A stretch of 64,000 nucleotides of DNA from an uncultured Candidatus Saccharibacteria bacterium (GCA_964549935.1 CAZJVT010000002.1:191066-255065), one strand, 5' to 3'; counted from the stretch's first letter, positions 19,137 to 28,673 are shown. Program-made: numbers and translations. Notes: a model not told the origin generated them from the sequence alone.

Positions 19137-19180
19137 GTATACCCCCACACCAACCTATCGGTTGGTGTGGGGGTATACTT
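19137..19180. repeat. Perfect 19-bp-stem hairpin GTATACCCCCACACCAACC/GGTTGGTGTGGGGGTATAC (copy 1)
   Basis: inverted repeat with a 4-nt loop between the transporter stop and the pilin-like gene start; the arm sequence recurs at 27626..27712. Confidence 0.7.
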
Positions 19181-19186
19181 ATCTAT

Positions 19187-20914
19187 ATGCAGAAACTCTC
19201 TAGCCGGCGGGGCTTTACCCTGCTCGAGCTTCTTATAACCATCGGGATTATCGCCGGACTCGCAACTGTGACTATCGTGGCCATTAATCCGAAGCGCAAC
19301 TTCAGCCAAGCTCAAAATACCGCTCGCCAAGGAGATTTACAAAAGATTCTGGGCGCCTTAAATCAATATGCGATAGAAAAAAACGGCTCCTTCCCTGCAG
19401 GGGTTACAACTACACTGCAAATGTTGGGCACGGCGACCTCGAGCTGCAATGTTGTTTGCGGACCGGATGCGCTGGTTACAATTGTAAGTAACTTTATCGA
19501 CAATAGCCTGCAAACCTTTGCCTCCGGAACACTTGCTAACACGCAGTGGAATCCCGCAACGAATGCCCTCGAACTTACGAATGCCGGGCTAACCGCCAAA
19601 ACCGGAACTTATACCAGCTCAATAAAAGATGCGAACGCTAGCCAAAACTGGACTACCCTTACCTGGACGCCGTATGCGCCATATAACAAAGAGTTACCGA
19701 ATGCCGCCGCGACAGAGACCGGCTACGTCACCGGTAATGCGGCAATGCCCGGCAATAAATTGCTGATGCATATGAACGAATCAAGCGGTGCCATCGTAGA
19801 CTCGTCCGGAAACAATCTTAACGGAACCGTAAACGGGGGCATCACCTACAACGTGACGGGGAAATTAAAAACTGCTCTCTCCTGGTCAGGCAGCAACAAC
19901 AACTATGTCTCCATAGCCAATAACGCCAATCTCAACCTGCCAAACACCGGCGGCAGCGTTGTCTTGTGGATGCAGCCAACTATCAACCTGGCTGCCAACA
20001 CCGGTATGGGCGTCATCCGCAAGCCTGACTATGGCGGCAACCTCAATACTCCCGGCGGCTACGGCATCGAAATCTTCCGCGCAGTCAGCAACGGGCCCCA
20101 AAACATAAAAGCACACCTCGGCTGGAACAACGGAGGGGCGAACTCGCAGCAAACGCTGGTTGGTGCGACGAATCTTGTAAGCGGTAGCTGGTATCACGTT
20201 GCGCTCACCTGGAATGCAACTACTATGACAATCTACGTCAACGGTGCGCAAGACACTTCGGCAGCTAGGGTTAACGGCCAACTCAACTGGGCCAGCAACA
20301 CCGCCAACCTGGACATAGCCCGCAACTCCAACTCCATCAGCAGTAACCGCGCCTGGTACGCCGGTGCGCTCGACGAAATAGCGCTCTTTAACCGCATGCT
20401 TACGGCGACGGAGGTGAACGATTTCTATAAACGTGGCTCGCTAAAGCTTCGGCAGCAGGTGCGCTCTTGCGACGACGCGCTCTGCGCCGGTGAGATTTTC
20501 ATCGGTCCCGGCGGAACCGGCGCCACATATTATGATGACCTGAACAACACGACAAATGCCCCGCCGAGCATGACGCTTTCTAATCTTGCCACCAACCGCT
20601 ATTTCCAATACAAAACTTACTTTGACACAGACACCGCCTCCTACGGCCCCGGGCTTTCAAGCATCAGCGGGGCTAATAATGGCAGCGGCACTATGAATAC
20701 AACCTCGACAGCGACGACCGCCAACAGCTGCCTCAACCTCGCACCAACCTTTGTGCCGAGCTACCTCCCCTCAATGCCGTTTGACCCGCTCGTCGGCTCG
20801 CTAGCAAAAACATATTACGCTGTTCAGAGCATCGATAACGGAGCAAATGGCATAGGCCTGATCATTCGCGCCTGTTATCCTGAACTCGGTCAACCGATAG
20901 AGACTAGACAATAA
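19187..20914 (+). CDS. Type IV pilin-like protein with prepilin N-methylation motif and LamG/ConA-like domain
   Basis: N-terminus RRGFTLLELLITIGIIAGLA (class III signal peptide); central region ..SGSWYHVALTWNATTMTIYVNGAQ.. lectin/LamG-like; 575 aa. Confidence 0.7.
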   Translation: MQKLSSRRGFTLLELLITIGIIAGLATVTIVAINPKRNFSQAQNTARQGDLQKILGALNQYAIEKNGSFPAGVTTTLQMLGTATSSCNVVCGPDALVTIVSNFIDNSLQTFASGTLANTQWNPATNALELTNAGLTAKTGTYTSSIKDANASQNWTTLTWTPYAPYNKELPNAAATETGYVTGNAAMPGNKLLMHMNESSGAIVDSSGNNLNGTVNGGITYNVTGKLKTALSWSGSNNNYVSIANNANLNLPNTGGSVVLWMQPTINLAANTGMGVIRKPDYGGNLNTPGGYGIEIFRAVSNGPQNIKAHLGWNNGGANSQQTLVGATNLVSGSWYHVALTWNATTMTIYVNGAQDTSAARVNGQLNWASNTANLDIARNSNSISSNRAWYAGALDEIALFNRMLTATEVNDFYKRGSLKLRQQVRSCDDALCAGEIFIGPGGTGATYYDDLNNTTNAPPSMTLSNLATNRYFQYKTYFDTDTASYGPGLSSISGANNGSGTMNTTSTATTANSCLNLAPTFVPSYLPSMPFDPLVGSLAKTYYAVQSIDNGANGIGLIIRACYPELGQPIETRQ

Positions 20915-20943
20915 ATAACTTTGACAGCGCTCTCGAGCCAAGC

Positions 20944-21075
20944 CTAGGTCAGCAGATTAACAATGACGAGAATGAGCGCGATGACAATCAGCGCGTGTAT
21001 TAAGCCACCGCCGACATTAAAACTGAAGCCAAGGAGCCAGAGAATAAATAAGATAACAATAATCGTCCAAAGCAT
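20944..21075 (-). CDS. Small membrane protein of the GGGLIH-motif family (below ORF-track cutoff)
   Basis: hand-translated 43 aa MLWTIIVILFILWLLGFSFNVGGGLIHALIVIALILVIVNLLT; resembles lmo0937/DUF5670-type small hydrophobic proteins. Confidence 0.4.
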   Translation of the reverse strand: MLWTIIVILFILWLLGFSFNVGGGLIHALIVIALILVIVNLLT

Positions 21076-21086
21076 AGATTTATTTA

Positions 21087-21620
21087 CTAAGCTGCAACAA
21101 CCGGCGTGGTCCGATTGTAGAGTTGTTTTAATTTTTCTAATCCGCGATGCACCTGAACAGCCATCGCATTTCTTGTCTGCCCGGTAAGTAATGCCATCTC
21201 TGCGAGCGATAAGTCTTGGATATAACGCATTCGAATCACCTTGCCATACTTTTCCGGCAGCTGCTTAATCAGCTCCATGGCGTCTTTGCCGTCGATTTGG
21301 TCAAAAATATTTCCTGTATTTTTTGCGGCCGGCTCGAAACCTTTCTCGAGTAAACCATCCAGCGAAACTGTTTTACGCTTGCGATACTCGTCAACAATCA
21401 GATTGTTGAGCACGTGGTACAAGAACGCCTTCATAACTTCTATCTTCCCTCCCTTAACTAGGTAGGTCCAGGTTTTTACAAAAGTCTCCTGGACAAGGTC
21501 TCCGCCGAGCGCTTGATCGTGCAGCTTGAAGAATGAGTGCTGATTGAGCGCCTTCTGATGATCGGTGTGCGCCGTGGCCAGCAAAGCGCGCTGCTCTATC
21601 TCCTGTAGGTGATTCATCAT
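21087..21620 (-). CDS. ECF-type RNA polymerase sigma factor (sigma-70 family)
   Basis: region 2 (FVKTWTYLV..VLNNLIVDEYRKRK) and region 4 (IQDLSLAEMALLTGQTRNAMAVQVHRGLEKLK); 177 aa. Confidence 0.75.
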   Translation of the reverse strand: MMNHLQEIEQRALLATAHTDHQKALNQHSFFKLHDQALGGDLVQETFVKTWTYLVKGGKIEVMKAFLYHVLNNLIVDEYRKRKTVSLDGLLEKGFEPAAKNTGNIFDQIDGKDAMELIKQLPEKYGKVIRMRYIQDLSLAEMALLTGQTRNAMAVQVHRGLEKLKQLYNRTTPVVAA

Positions 21621-21872
21621 AGTGGTAACACTTAGGCCGTACTAGAAGAGGTTCTATTACAGCGTCATTACAGGTATATGGCGGACGAAGCCATATGTCG
21701 GAGGTTGATAGCGGCCAGAAAGCCTTCTATCGCTAGGCTGCAACCATAGCACGCATACTAGAAACCTCCTAATCCAGACGAAAAGAACTCATTACAAAAA
21801 CGTTGCAGAATTGCCGGGGCAGACCGGCTCTATTCCCTCGTAATAGTATGAATCTCTAAACGGCTTATAAGT

Positions 21873-22451
21873 ATGAACAAAAATATCAGAAAAGCAGCGG
21901 GCGAAAAAGATCTGCATGGCACGGAATTTGCCGAAAAAGTCTGGAAAGAGAGCTGGGCTTACATCCGGACGGTTGTAGACACAGTGCGCGAGCCATTTTT
22001 AATCTTAGATAAGGACCTACGCGTTATGGCCGCGAACGAGTCTTTCTATAGAACCTTTCAAGTCGATCTCAAGGATACCGAAGATAAACTCGTATATGAG
22101 CTTGGTAATGGGCAATGGGACATCCCGGCGCTGCGCAAACTACTCGAGGACATCCTTCCAAAGAACACCTTCTTTAAGGGGTTCGAGGTTTCGCATGAGT
22201 TTCCGCATATCGGCCGCAAAGTGATGATTCTCAATGCTCGTCGGACATATCGCGACGACTCAACTTCTACTTTCTTCCCTCCTATTATTCTTTTGGCGAT
22301 GGAAGACGTCACGGAGATGATGGCTGTCGCAGAAAAGCTAGCGGTACATGCAGCTCACTTCGAGACATTGATGCTTGATAGAACTCAAAATCTAGACATT
22401 CAAATGCGCGGACTAGAACGCCAGATTAACGAACTCAAACGTAAAGCGTAA
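21873..22451 (+). CDS. PAS domain protein
   Basis: REPFLILDKDLRVMAANESFYRTFQV..GQW.. PAS fold; C-terminal coiled coil; divergently transcribed from the sigma factor gene. Confidence 0.55.
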   Translation: MNKNIRKAAGEKDLHGTEFAEKVWKESWAYIRTVVDTVREPFLILDKDLRVMAANESFYRTFQVDLKDTEDKLVYELGNGQWDIPALRKLLEDILPKNTFFKGFEVSHEFPHIGRKVMILNARRTYRDDSTSTFFPPIILLAMEDVTEMMAVAEKLAVHAAHFETLMLDRTQNLDIQMRGLERQINELKRKA

Positions 22452-22704
22452 TATCAAACGCTGCTCATCGGCACTACTAGCGGTAGGGGTTGGTTGTTTA
22501 TATAGCAAACATTTTCTCAACACAAACTCTAAATAAACAGCCCCTACCAATTAGGTTCATGACGAAGAAGTTTTGTAATAAAAAAGAAGCGCCTTCGTCT
22601 TCGCTTGTAGAGGTTAAACCCGTTTGTAGTCTCCCCAGAAAAAAGTAATGAGATTAATAAAAGTCGAAGGTTTAACCGATATAAACAATTAAAGCAAACA
22701 TATT

Positions 22705-23388
22705 ATGATAAAAAAAATAAACTTTAAACGCATCGGTTTGCTTTCGTCTATCCCGGTCCTTGCCATCGTCACATCTCTCGCAAGCATCGGCATTGCGAAT
22801 GCAGCAATTACTTCTACCCTTGATTTGGGCGCGAGCGGCTCACAGGTTACCGAACTCCAGCAGTTCTTAGCGACAGACGTCAACATCTACCCGTCGGGAC
22901 TCGTAACCGGCTACTTCGGACCGCTTACGCAGGCTGGCGTGAAACGTTTCCAGGCGGCACAAGGCATCGTTTCCTCCGGATCTCCATCAACGACCGGCTA
23001 TGGTCGCGTTGGACCGAGCACGATGGCCCGCATTAACAGCCTGCTTGGCGTAGGCAACCAGTACTCATGGGACCCGGCGCCGTCTCTTTCGAACCCAGTG
23101 ATTCAGGTTACTAACAGCAGTGTGACCATTAGCTGGACGACTAATGAGGCAACAATCGGCGAAGTCTTCTACAGTGCAACCCCGCTTCAGTCTGATGAGG
23201 CAACCGGCCCGCACCAGAAGCCATATGTAAGTGGCACTCGTGTTACCGAAAACGGCGGCTACCAAATCACTCACATGGTCAACATCCAGGGCTTGCAGTC
23301 AGGCACAACCTACTACTTCTTAACTCGTGGAGTTGATAGTGGCGACAATCTGAGCATGACCTGGCCGAGCAGCTTCCGTACCAACTAA
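22705..23388 (+). CDS. Secreted protein with peptidoglycan-binding domain and FN3-like domain
   Basis: signal peptide; LQQFLA..GYFGPLTQAGVKRFQAAQGI PG_binding_1-like; C-terminal beta-rich region. Confidence 0.55.
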   Translation: MIKKINFKRIGLLSSIPVLAIVTSLASIGIANAAITSTLDLGASGSQVTELQQFLATDVNIYPSGLVTGYFGPLTQAGVKRFQAAQGIVSSGSPSTTGYGRVGPSTMARINSLLGVGNQYSWDPAPSLSNPVIQVTNSSVTISWTTNEATIGEVFYSATPLQSDEATGPHQKPYVSGTRVTENGGYQITHMVNIQGLQSGTTYYFLTRGVDSGDNLSMTWPSSFRTN

Positions 23389-23648
23389 ACGGAATCAGTA
23401 AAAGCCTGGGGAGGCAAACACCAAAAACTACCGATTAAATCGGTAGTTTTTGTTTGATAAAATCTGGGGAGGAACCCTTCGACGGACTCAGGGCAAGTCG
23501 CCCTCGACTCTTGGCCGCGTCGTCACGCGGCCAAGGTCTGGGCACCGTCTCCCTCTTTTTTCTTACTAGAAAAACGAGGTCCGACGATTCGATTCCTTCC
23601 GCGAAAATTACAAAACAAAAACACGGCTAAAGCCGGTTTTTTGTTTTG

Positions 23649-23720
23649 TGCTCTCGGAAGGAATCGAACCTTCATTTGCCACTTCGCAGGCGGCTGTCCT
23701 ATCCATTGAACGACAAGAGC
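23649..23720 (-). tRNA. tRNA-Arg (anticodon GCG)
   Basis: reverse complement GCTCTTGTCGTTCAATGGATAGGACAGCCGCCTGCGAAGTGGCAAATGAAGGTTCGATTCCTTCCGAGAGC(A); anticodon loop CTGCGAA. Confidence 0.75.
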
Positions 23721-23897
23721 ATGTATTACTATCACTAACTATGTAAAAACGCCGCACTCCTGCCCGCCACTACTCGCACCCGACAACAAGACATACAAAC
23801 AAGAGGGTGTCCATTGAACGACAAGAGCTTTCCTAACTGAGCCGATAAAGGCGCAGTAATGGTTTTTAATTTTATACGAAAAGCGTCAAAAAGGCAA

Positions 23898-24407
23898 CTA
23901 TAACCCGAACAAACGCATAAAGAACTCGACGGGGCCTATCTGGTACTCAAATTCAGGAGTTTGCCACTGGTCCGCCAAAAAATCCCGTACCTTCCTGCCC
24001 TGTTCGTGTGGCATCAGGATGCGGCGAAACCGTGGGCGAGTTTTACGAAATACCAGCACGAGCTCACACCACGGAACAACGTCCTGTGATTCGCCGTGAT
24101 CGGTGATGTCAAATTTAGCCAACTCCTGCGGCCGACAAATGAGCTCATCACTGACCCAGAGGCCGGAGATATCGACGCGGTACTTTGCCGTGAGAGAACG
24201 ACTACGTTTTGTACCAACCAAAATAAAGAACTCAACCAAAAGGACGAAAATAAAAAACGGGATGTCGCGCCTTACAAATGCAACGATCCCGAGTATAAAA
24301 GCAGCAAAAAGAGTGAAACTGTGCCAAGCGGCTCTGCGGCCGGCTTTCCTAAAGTCCGGCGCCAGCCAGTGGATTTCCTGAACTTGCATGATGCTTAAGC
24401 ATAGCAA
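23898..24407 (-). CDS. Hypothetical membrane protein, tandem paralog 1 (two transmembrane helices plus PH-like soluble domain)
   Basis: 169 aa; shares architecture and ELVLVFRK..ILMP segment with the adjacent 179-aa protein. Confidence 0.5.
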   Translation of the reverse strand: MLCLSIMQVQEIHWLAPDFRKAGRRAAWHSFTLFAAFILGIVAFVRRDIPFFIFVLLVEFFILVGTKRSRSLTAKYRVDISGLWVSDELICRPQELAKFDITDHGESQDVVPWCELVLVFRKTRPRFRRILMPHEQGRKVRDFLADQWQTPEFEYQIGPVEFFMRLFGL

Positions 24408-24445
24408 GAGAAGCCCGGCAAGGCAATATCTACGGGCTTAAAACG

Positions 24446-24985
24446 CTACAGTCCAATTCGCCTGAGCAAGATTTCCGAAAGCCGCTCTTCGTACGCAAAC
24501 TCCGGGAGCTTAGATCCGATTGCGCGATCTACTTCAACAGCAATTGAACGCGGCATTAATATTTTTATATACTGCGCTGCTTTCTTTTTAGGCCTCAAAA
24601 CAAGCTCAACAAATCCCGTAGTTCGGTCATCAAGAACAGCAAAGGCAGCCAGATCAGAAAATCGATATACCAAACGATCATCAACGCTCACACCCTCATT
24701 CGTGATTTCATAACCGTAGAGCCTGGGCTTCTGCCTAGCAATAAAAAGTACCGTCACCTCCCCAATCGCAACAAATAAGAGAAACAAAAAATTCCGAACG
24801 TACAGCGCAAATAGCGCTACGACAATTGCAACGCCCAAGCTGACGAGGTACCACTTTGCGCTGCGCTCAACATAGTGGAACTCGGGCGAGGACCAGACGA
24901 GTTCTTGTTCGTTCGTAGTAGGCTCCATACCAAAAGTATACTCTATCTCCACTGCAAGAGGTACCTTTTGAGATGCGCCCTGCAA
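24446..24985 (-). CDS. Hypothetical membrane protein, tandem paralog 2
   Basis: 179 aa; ..ELVLRPKKKAAQYIKILMP..; paralog of 23898..24407. Confidence 0.5.
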   Translation of the reverse strand: MQGASQKVPLAVEIEYTFGMEPTTNEQELVWSSPEFHYVERSAKWYLVSLGVAIVVALFALYVRNFLFLLFVAIGEVTVLFIARQKPRLYGYEITNEGVSVDDRLVYRFSDLAAFAVLDDRTTGFVELVLRPKKKAAQYIKILMPRSIAVEVDRAIGSKLPEFAYEERLSEILLRRIGL

Positions 24986-25002
24986 TGGTGTATCATACCC
25001 CT

Positions 25003-26172
25003 ATGAGTAAGTGTTACTACTGCGGCAACAATCCGATTCCGCACCAATTTGCCAAAGCCAATGATGCAATGGCCAGCATCGTTGAGCCGTTCGACCGTTT
25101 CGCTCACCTGATCGGTCTTCACCGCTTAGTTGATTCACAATTCGTTCGAGTGATCGGGCCGATTATGTCCGGACTGACAAAAATTGGCATCGTAAAATTC
25201 AATGATGACGTCAGCAAGGCGAAGTCCTCGCGTTCAAAAGTAATTTGGGAGGAGGCGCAGCGGCGTGGAATCCCGATGCAACAACTGGTGATTTTTGGCA
25301 GCCACAGCGACTTCTACCGGGCGACCATAAACGGGACTCTCTACTACTTCGAAAGCCTACCCATCCCTCCGTCAGCCGACACGAGTGCGAACCAGTGGCT
25401 GGACGACAAAATGAAACTCAAAGAACGCCTTTTGGCGGCCGGTTTGCCGGCGGCGCGAGGCGGCGGCTTCCGCACATGGGCGGATATGAAACGCGTGTTC
25501 AAGATGCTGAAAAAGCCCGTTATTATCAAGCCGGCGCTGGGTTCTCGCGGTAGACACACAACTACATACATTTATGACGAAAAGCAGCTTAAAAAGGCGT
25601 TTAGGGTCGGCAAACAGATAACCGAGAAGCTGGTCATGGAGGAGCACCTGATTGGCAGCGTCTACCGGGCAACTATCGTGGATGGCCAGCTCGTTGGCGT
25701 GCTGCGAGGCGACCCACCGCGAATTACCGGCGACGGCAAACACACCATCGAGGAACTTGTTGAGCTCAAAAATCAAGCTAAACATGAGCTGGTTAAACCG
25801 GTAGAAATCACTCCGTATATCGAAGAATTTTTGAGCCGCAATAACTACGCCTTGGAGACAGTTTTGCCGAAGGGCAAGGCGATAGACCTGATGGAAAAAA
25901 TCGGCATTGGCTACGGCGGATACAAGGCCGAAGAAATTACTATCACACACCCCGAGACCAAGCGGATTCTTGAGGAAGCCGGCAAAGTTGTCAACTTCCC
26001 CGTGATGGGCTTTGACTTCATCATTCCGGACATCACCCGCCACCCGGACGAACAAGACTGGGGCATTATCGAATGCAACTCTCTCCCCTTTATCGACCTC
26101 CACCACTTCCCTCTCGAGGGCGCGCCGGTTAATGTCGCTGGCTACGTCTGGGATCTTTGGGCCAAATACTAA
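25003..26172 (+). CDS. ATP-grasp domain protein with N-terminal Cys motif
   Basis: VIIKPALGSRGRHTTTYIYDEKQLKKAF and EEHLIGSVYRATIVDGQLVGV are typical ATP-grasp segments; N-terminus MSKCYYCG; start chosen at 25003 to avoid overlapping the divergent neighbour (ORF track gives 24973). Confidence 0.55.
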   Translation: MSKCYYCGNNPIPHQFAKANDAMASIVEPFDRFAHLIGLHRLVDSQFVRVIGPIMSGLTKIGIVKFNDDVSKAKSSRSKVIWEEAQRRGIPMQQLVIFGSHSDFYRATINGTLYYFESLPIPPSADTSANQWLDDKMKLKERLLAAGLPAARGGGFRTWADMKRVFKMLKKPVIIKPALGSRGRHTTTYIYDEKQLKKAFRVGKQITEKLVMEEHLIGSVYRATIVDGQLVGVLRGDPPRITGDGKHTIEELVELKNQAKHELVKPVEITPYIEEFLSRNNYALETVLPKGKAIDLMEKIGIGYGGYKAEEITITHPETKRILEEAGKVVNFPVMGFDFIIPDITRHPDEQDWGIIECNSLPFIDLHHFPLEGAPVNVAGYVWDLWAKY

Positions 26173-26259
26173 GTAAGTATTGAACGGGAAGGAAAAGTGG
26201 TACCATTGTGTAGTAATGTACACACGGTAGATTATTAACATTTTTATACTTATTACTTT

Positions 26260-27534
26260 ATGAAACGAGGCCTCATCGTCTTAGTATCAGCCACTGCGGC
26301 TCTTCTGTGCGCAGCATCCACTGCCCTTGCAGCGCCAGCGCTTAGTCAATCATCCGTCACTGTTGGCATAGGTCAGTCAACGGTTATAACCGCCCAGAAC
26401 CCAGTTACCCAAATTTACCGACTTAGCAACTCCAATCCGGATATTGCCGACCTACTCATAAACGAGTCTCAAATCACAATAACCGGCCGACAGTCCGGTT
26501 CAACTGCAATGAGCATCTGCTACGTTACGAGCAGCTCTGATTGCGCGGCACTTTCGGTCACTGTTACCACCGGACAGACAACTAATACTACGAACAATAG
26601 CGGAGGTCTTTCGTTCAATCCCCAAAATCCGACCATTATGCCCGGGCAGACGCTCCCGGTTACTATCTCCGGAGGCTCCGGCTACTTTGTGAGCAGTAAT
26701 TCAAACCCGGATATGGTCCCGGCATCAATCAACGGCAACCAAGTAAGTGTTTCCGGAAACCAAGTCGGCGCCTCAACAATTACGATTTGTTCGTCGACGA
26801 ATGTCTGCAGTGCGCTCAAAGTAACCGTAAGTACAAGTGCCGGCAGCACAACCGGAGTGACATTTAGTCCAACAAATCCCACCCTTGCTGTCGGCCAAAC
26901 GCTGAGCGTAAGCATCGGCGGACAAAGCTCGACCTACTTCATCTCGCTTAATTCAGCCCCGAGCCTCGTGCAAGCAACCATTAATGCAAACAACGTAAAC
27001 ACCTTAGTCCTCTACGGACTTGGCACAGGCTCGGCCTCAATCACCGTCTGCGGAAATTCAGGAGGATGCACCACGCTGCCGATTACAATAACCGGGACAG
27101 CCGCGACAACCCCAATCGCCCCAACCCCTACTCCTGTAACCACGCCGCCGGTAAACACAGGCGTCTCTTTACTCTCGGTGATTCAGGCGATGCAGGTTCA
27201 ACTCGCCCAGCTTCTGGCCCAGGTCCAGACAATGGCAACTGCTCTTAACCAGCTCGCAGCAAGCACAGGCGCAACTGTCTCTCCTAGTACAAATGCCGGC
27301 AGCGCTACAATAACTAAATTTACCTTCACTCAACTTCTCGATATCAATTCAGAAGGTGCCGAAGTCACCGCTCTACAGAAGAGATTGACCGAGCTTGGTC
27401 TTTACTCGGGTCCAATCACCGGCCGCTTCGGTGCGCTCACTCAGGCTGCGGTTAAGAAATTCCAGACACTTCACGGTATCGACGCCAAAGGCTTCGTAGG
27501 ACCGGAAACGCGCGCGACACTGAACGCACAGTAA
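26260..27534 (+). CDS. Secreted protein with four tandem Ig-like repeats and C-terminal peptidoglycan-binding domain
   Basis: signal peptide; about 90-aa repeats (SNSNPD..I.G.Q.G..TI..C.......C.AL.VTV) x4; Pro/Thr linker; C-terminal LQKRLTELGLYSGPITGRFGALTQAAVKKFQ. Confidence 0.6.
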   Translation: MKRGLIVLVSATAALLCAASTALAAPALSQSSVTVGIGQSTVITAQNPVTQIYRLSNSNPDIADLLINESQITITGRQSGSTAMSICYVTSSSDCAALSVTVTTGQTTNTTNNSGGLSFNPQNPTIMPGQTLPVTISGGSGYFVSSNSNPDMVPASINGNQVSVSGNQVGASTITICSSTNVCSALKVTVSTSAGSTTGVTFSPTNPTLAVGQTLSVSIGGQSSTYFISLNSAPSLVQATINANNVNTLVLYGLGTGSASITVCGNSGGCTTLPITITGTAATTPIAPTPTPVTTPPVNTGVSLLSVIQAMQVQLAQLLAQVQTMATALNQLAASTGATVSPSTNAGSATITKFTFTQLLDINSEGAEVTALQKRLTELGLYSGPITGRFGALTQAAVKKFQTLHGIDAKGFVGPETRATLNAQ

Positions 27535-27557
27535 CCTGTAGATTTTTGCTGATTAAA

Positions 27558-27585
27558 TAAAAACAGCCCGCAAGGGCTGTTTTTA
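27558..27585 (+). terminator. Rho-independent terminator
   Basis: aaaaacagccc-gcaa-gggctgttttt. Confidence 0.65.
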
Positions 27586-27625
27586 GTGGGCCTAGTGGCC
27601 TTTTAAGTGTCCAGTCATAGATTTA

Positions 27626-27712
27626 GTATACCCCCACACCAACAAACGCGCGAATGGTTTATCCACAGCACAATATAACCCAACAAAACCGCCTTGTTGG
27701 TGTGGAGGTATA
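27626..27712. repeat. GTATACCCCCACACCAACA ... TGTTGGTGTGGAGGTATAC inverted repeat (copy 2, 48-nt spacer)
   Basis: same arm sequence as the 19137..19180 hairpin; lies between convergent genes. Confidence 0.65.
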
Positions 27713-27736
27713 CCACTTCTTTCAGGGGCCTGTGGA

Positions 27737-28669
27737 TTACTTCAGCCGACAGAGCGTCTTAACGGCGGCGATATCAGTCGCAGTCAGCTTCTCATTGGTC
27801 CCGGCGTTTAAACGATACATAATAGCTTTCGGGTCCTCCACGTGCTCAAGGCCAAGCGCGTGCCCCAGCTCATGCGCCAAAACACGAACGAGTTTTGTCT
27901 GATTATCATACTGATAAATATCAATCTCTGTTCCCGTAGCATCACGCTTATATATCCCCTCGTTGAAAACCTCACCCCGGGTTGCGCCTATCTCATTGTA
28001 CTGCTCAACATGTAAATTCAGATTAGCCGCCACCTGATTGAGCGAAACCACTAAAGCATTAATGTCTGCAACCTCCGCATTAAGAGCCACCTGCTTAGCC
28101 TTAAGTTGCGCAGACTCTGCCTGCAGGGCCTGTTGTTGGGCTTGTAGTTGCTCGTACGCCCCCTTCGGTGCTCCACCTTTTTTGTTCCACTGCTCAACCT
28201 GCTGATTAAAGGCCTCCTGCTTTTGGTTGAAAGCATCGAGCATAGCCGTGAAAGCCGCTTTATCAATTTGATACTGCGCATTAAGCTTTGTATATTCTGC
28301 CTTCATAGCCTCATAAGACACCTTCGTGTCTTTGACCGTTCCACCAATCGTCTGCAGCTGCTGCGTTACCTGCTGGCGATTGTCGTAGACCAAATTGATT
28401 TTTAAGGCACCGCCATCTTTGTACTCGAATAAAGGCTTGCCGACCGGCTTCTCCCAGATAGCCTCCGCCTGACTAACGGCAGACAAAAATGCTTCTCTCG
28501 AAATCCCAAATTTTGTGTCGAACTGCCCGAGACTGTACTCAATCGGCGCCGAACACGGCGCAAACTCATTTTGCAGCTGACGTAAAAATACGCCGAGCGG
28601 CGTACGGAAGTAGTATCCGACCCCCCCAACAACAATGACCATTGCAAGTACATTAAAAAACTTTTTCAT
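27737..28669 (-). CDS. Matrixin-like zinc metalloprotease, membrane-anchored or secreted
   Basis: HExxHxxGxxH motif AHELGHALGLEH; start taken at MKKFFNVLAMVIVVGG (ATG at 28669); the ORF-track N-terminal extension to 28882 is rejected; central Gln-rich coiled coil. Confidence 0.7.
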   Translation of the reverse strand: MKKFFNVLAMVIVVGGVGYYFRTPLGVFLRQLQNEFAPCSAPIEYSLGQFDTKFGISREAFLSAVSQAEAIWEKPVGKPLFEYKDGGALKINLVYDNRQQVTQQLQTIGGTVKDTKVSYEAMKAEYTKLNAQYQIDKAAFTAMLDAFNQKQEAFNQQVEQWNKKGGAPKGAYEQLQAQQQALQAESAQLKAKQVALNAEVADINALVVSLNQVAANLNLHVEQYNEIGATRGEVFNEGIYKRDATGTEIDIYQYDNQTKLVRVLAHELGHALGLEHVEDPKAIMYRLNAGTNEKLTATDIAAVKTLCRLK

Positions 28670-28673
28670 AGCC

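Noticed and set aside
23594-23610. Inverted 14-nt copy (ttcgattccttccg) of the tRNA-Arg T-loop and 3' stem about 40 bp beyond the tRNA 3' end
   Set aside because: It is short, lies within the palindromic terminator region, and could arise by chance from the conserved TTCGATTCC T-loop consensus. It is not enough to call an integration scar.
23523-23735. ORF 23523..23735 (-) of 70 aa
   Set aside because: Overlaps tRNA-Arg(GCG) and its terminator; there is no coding signal.
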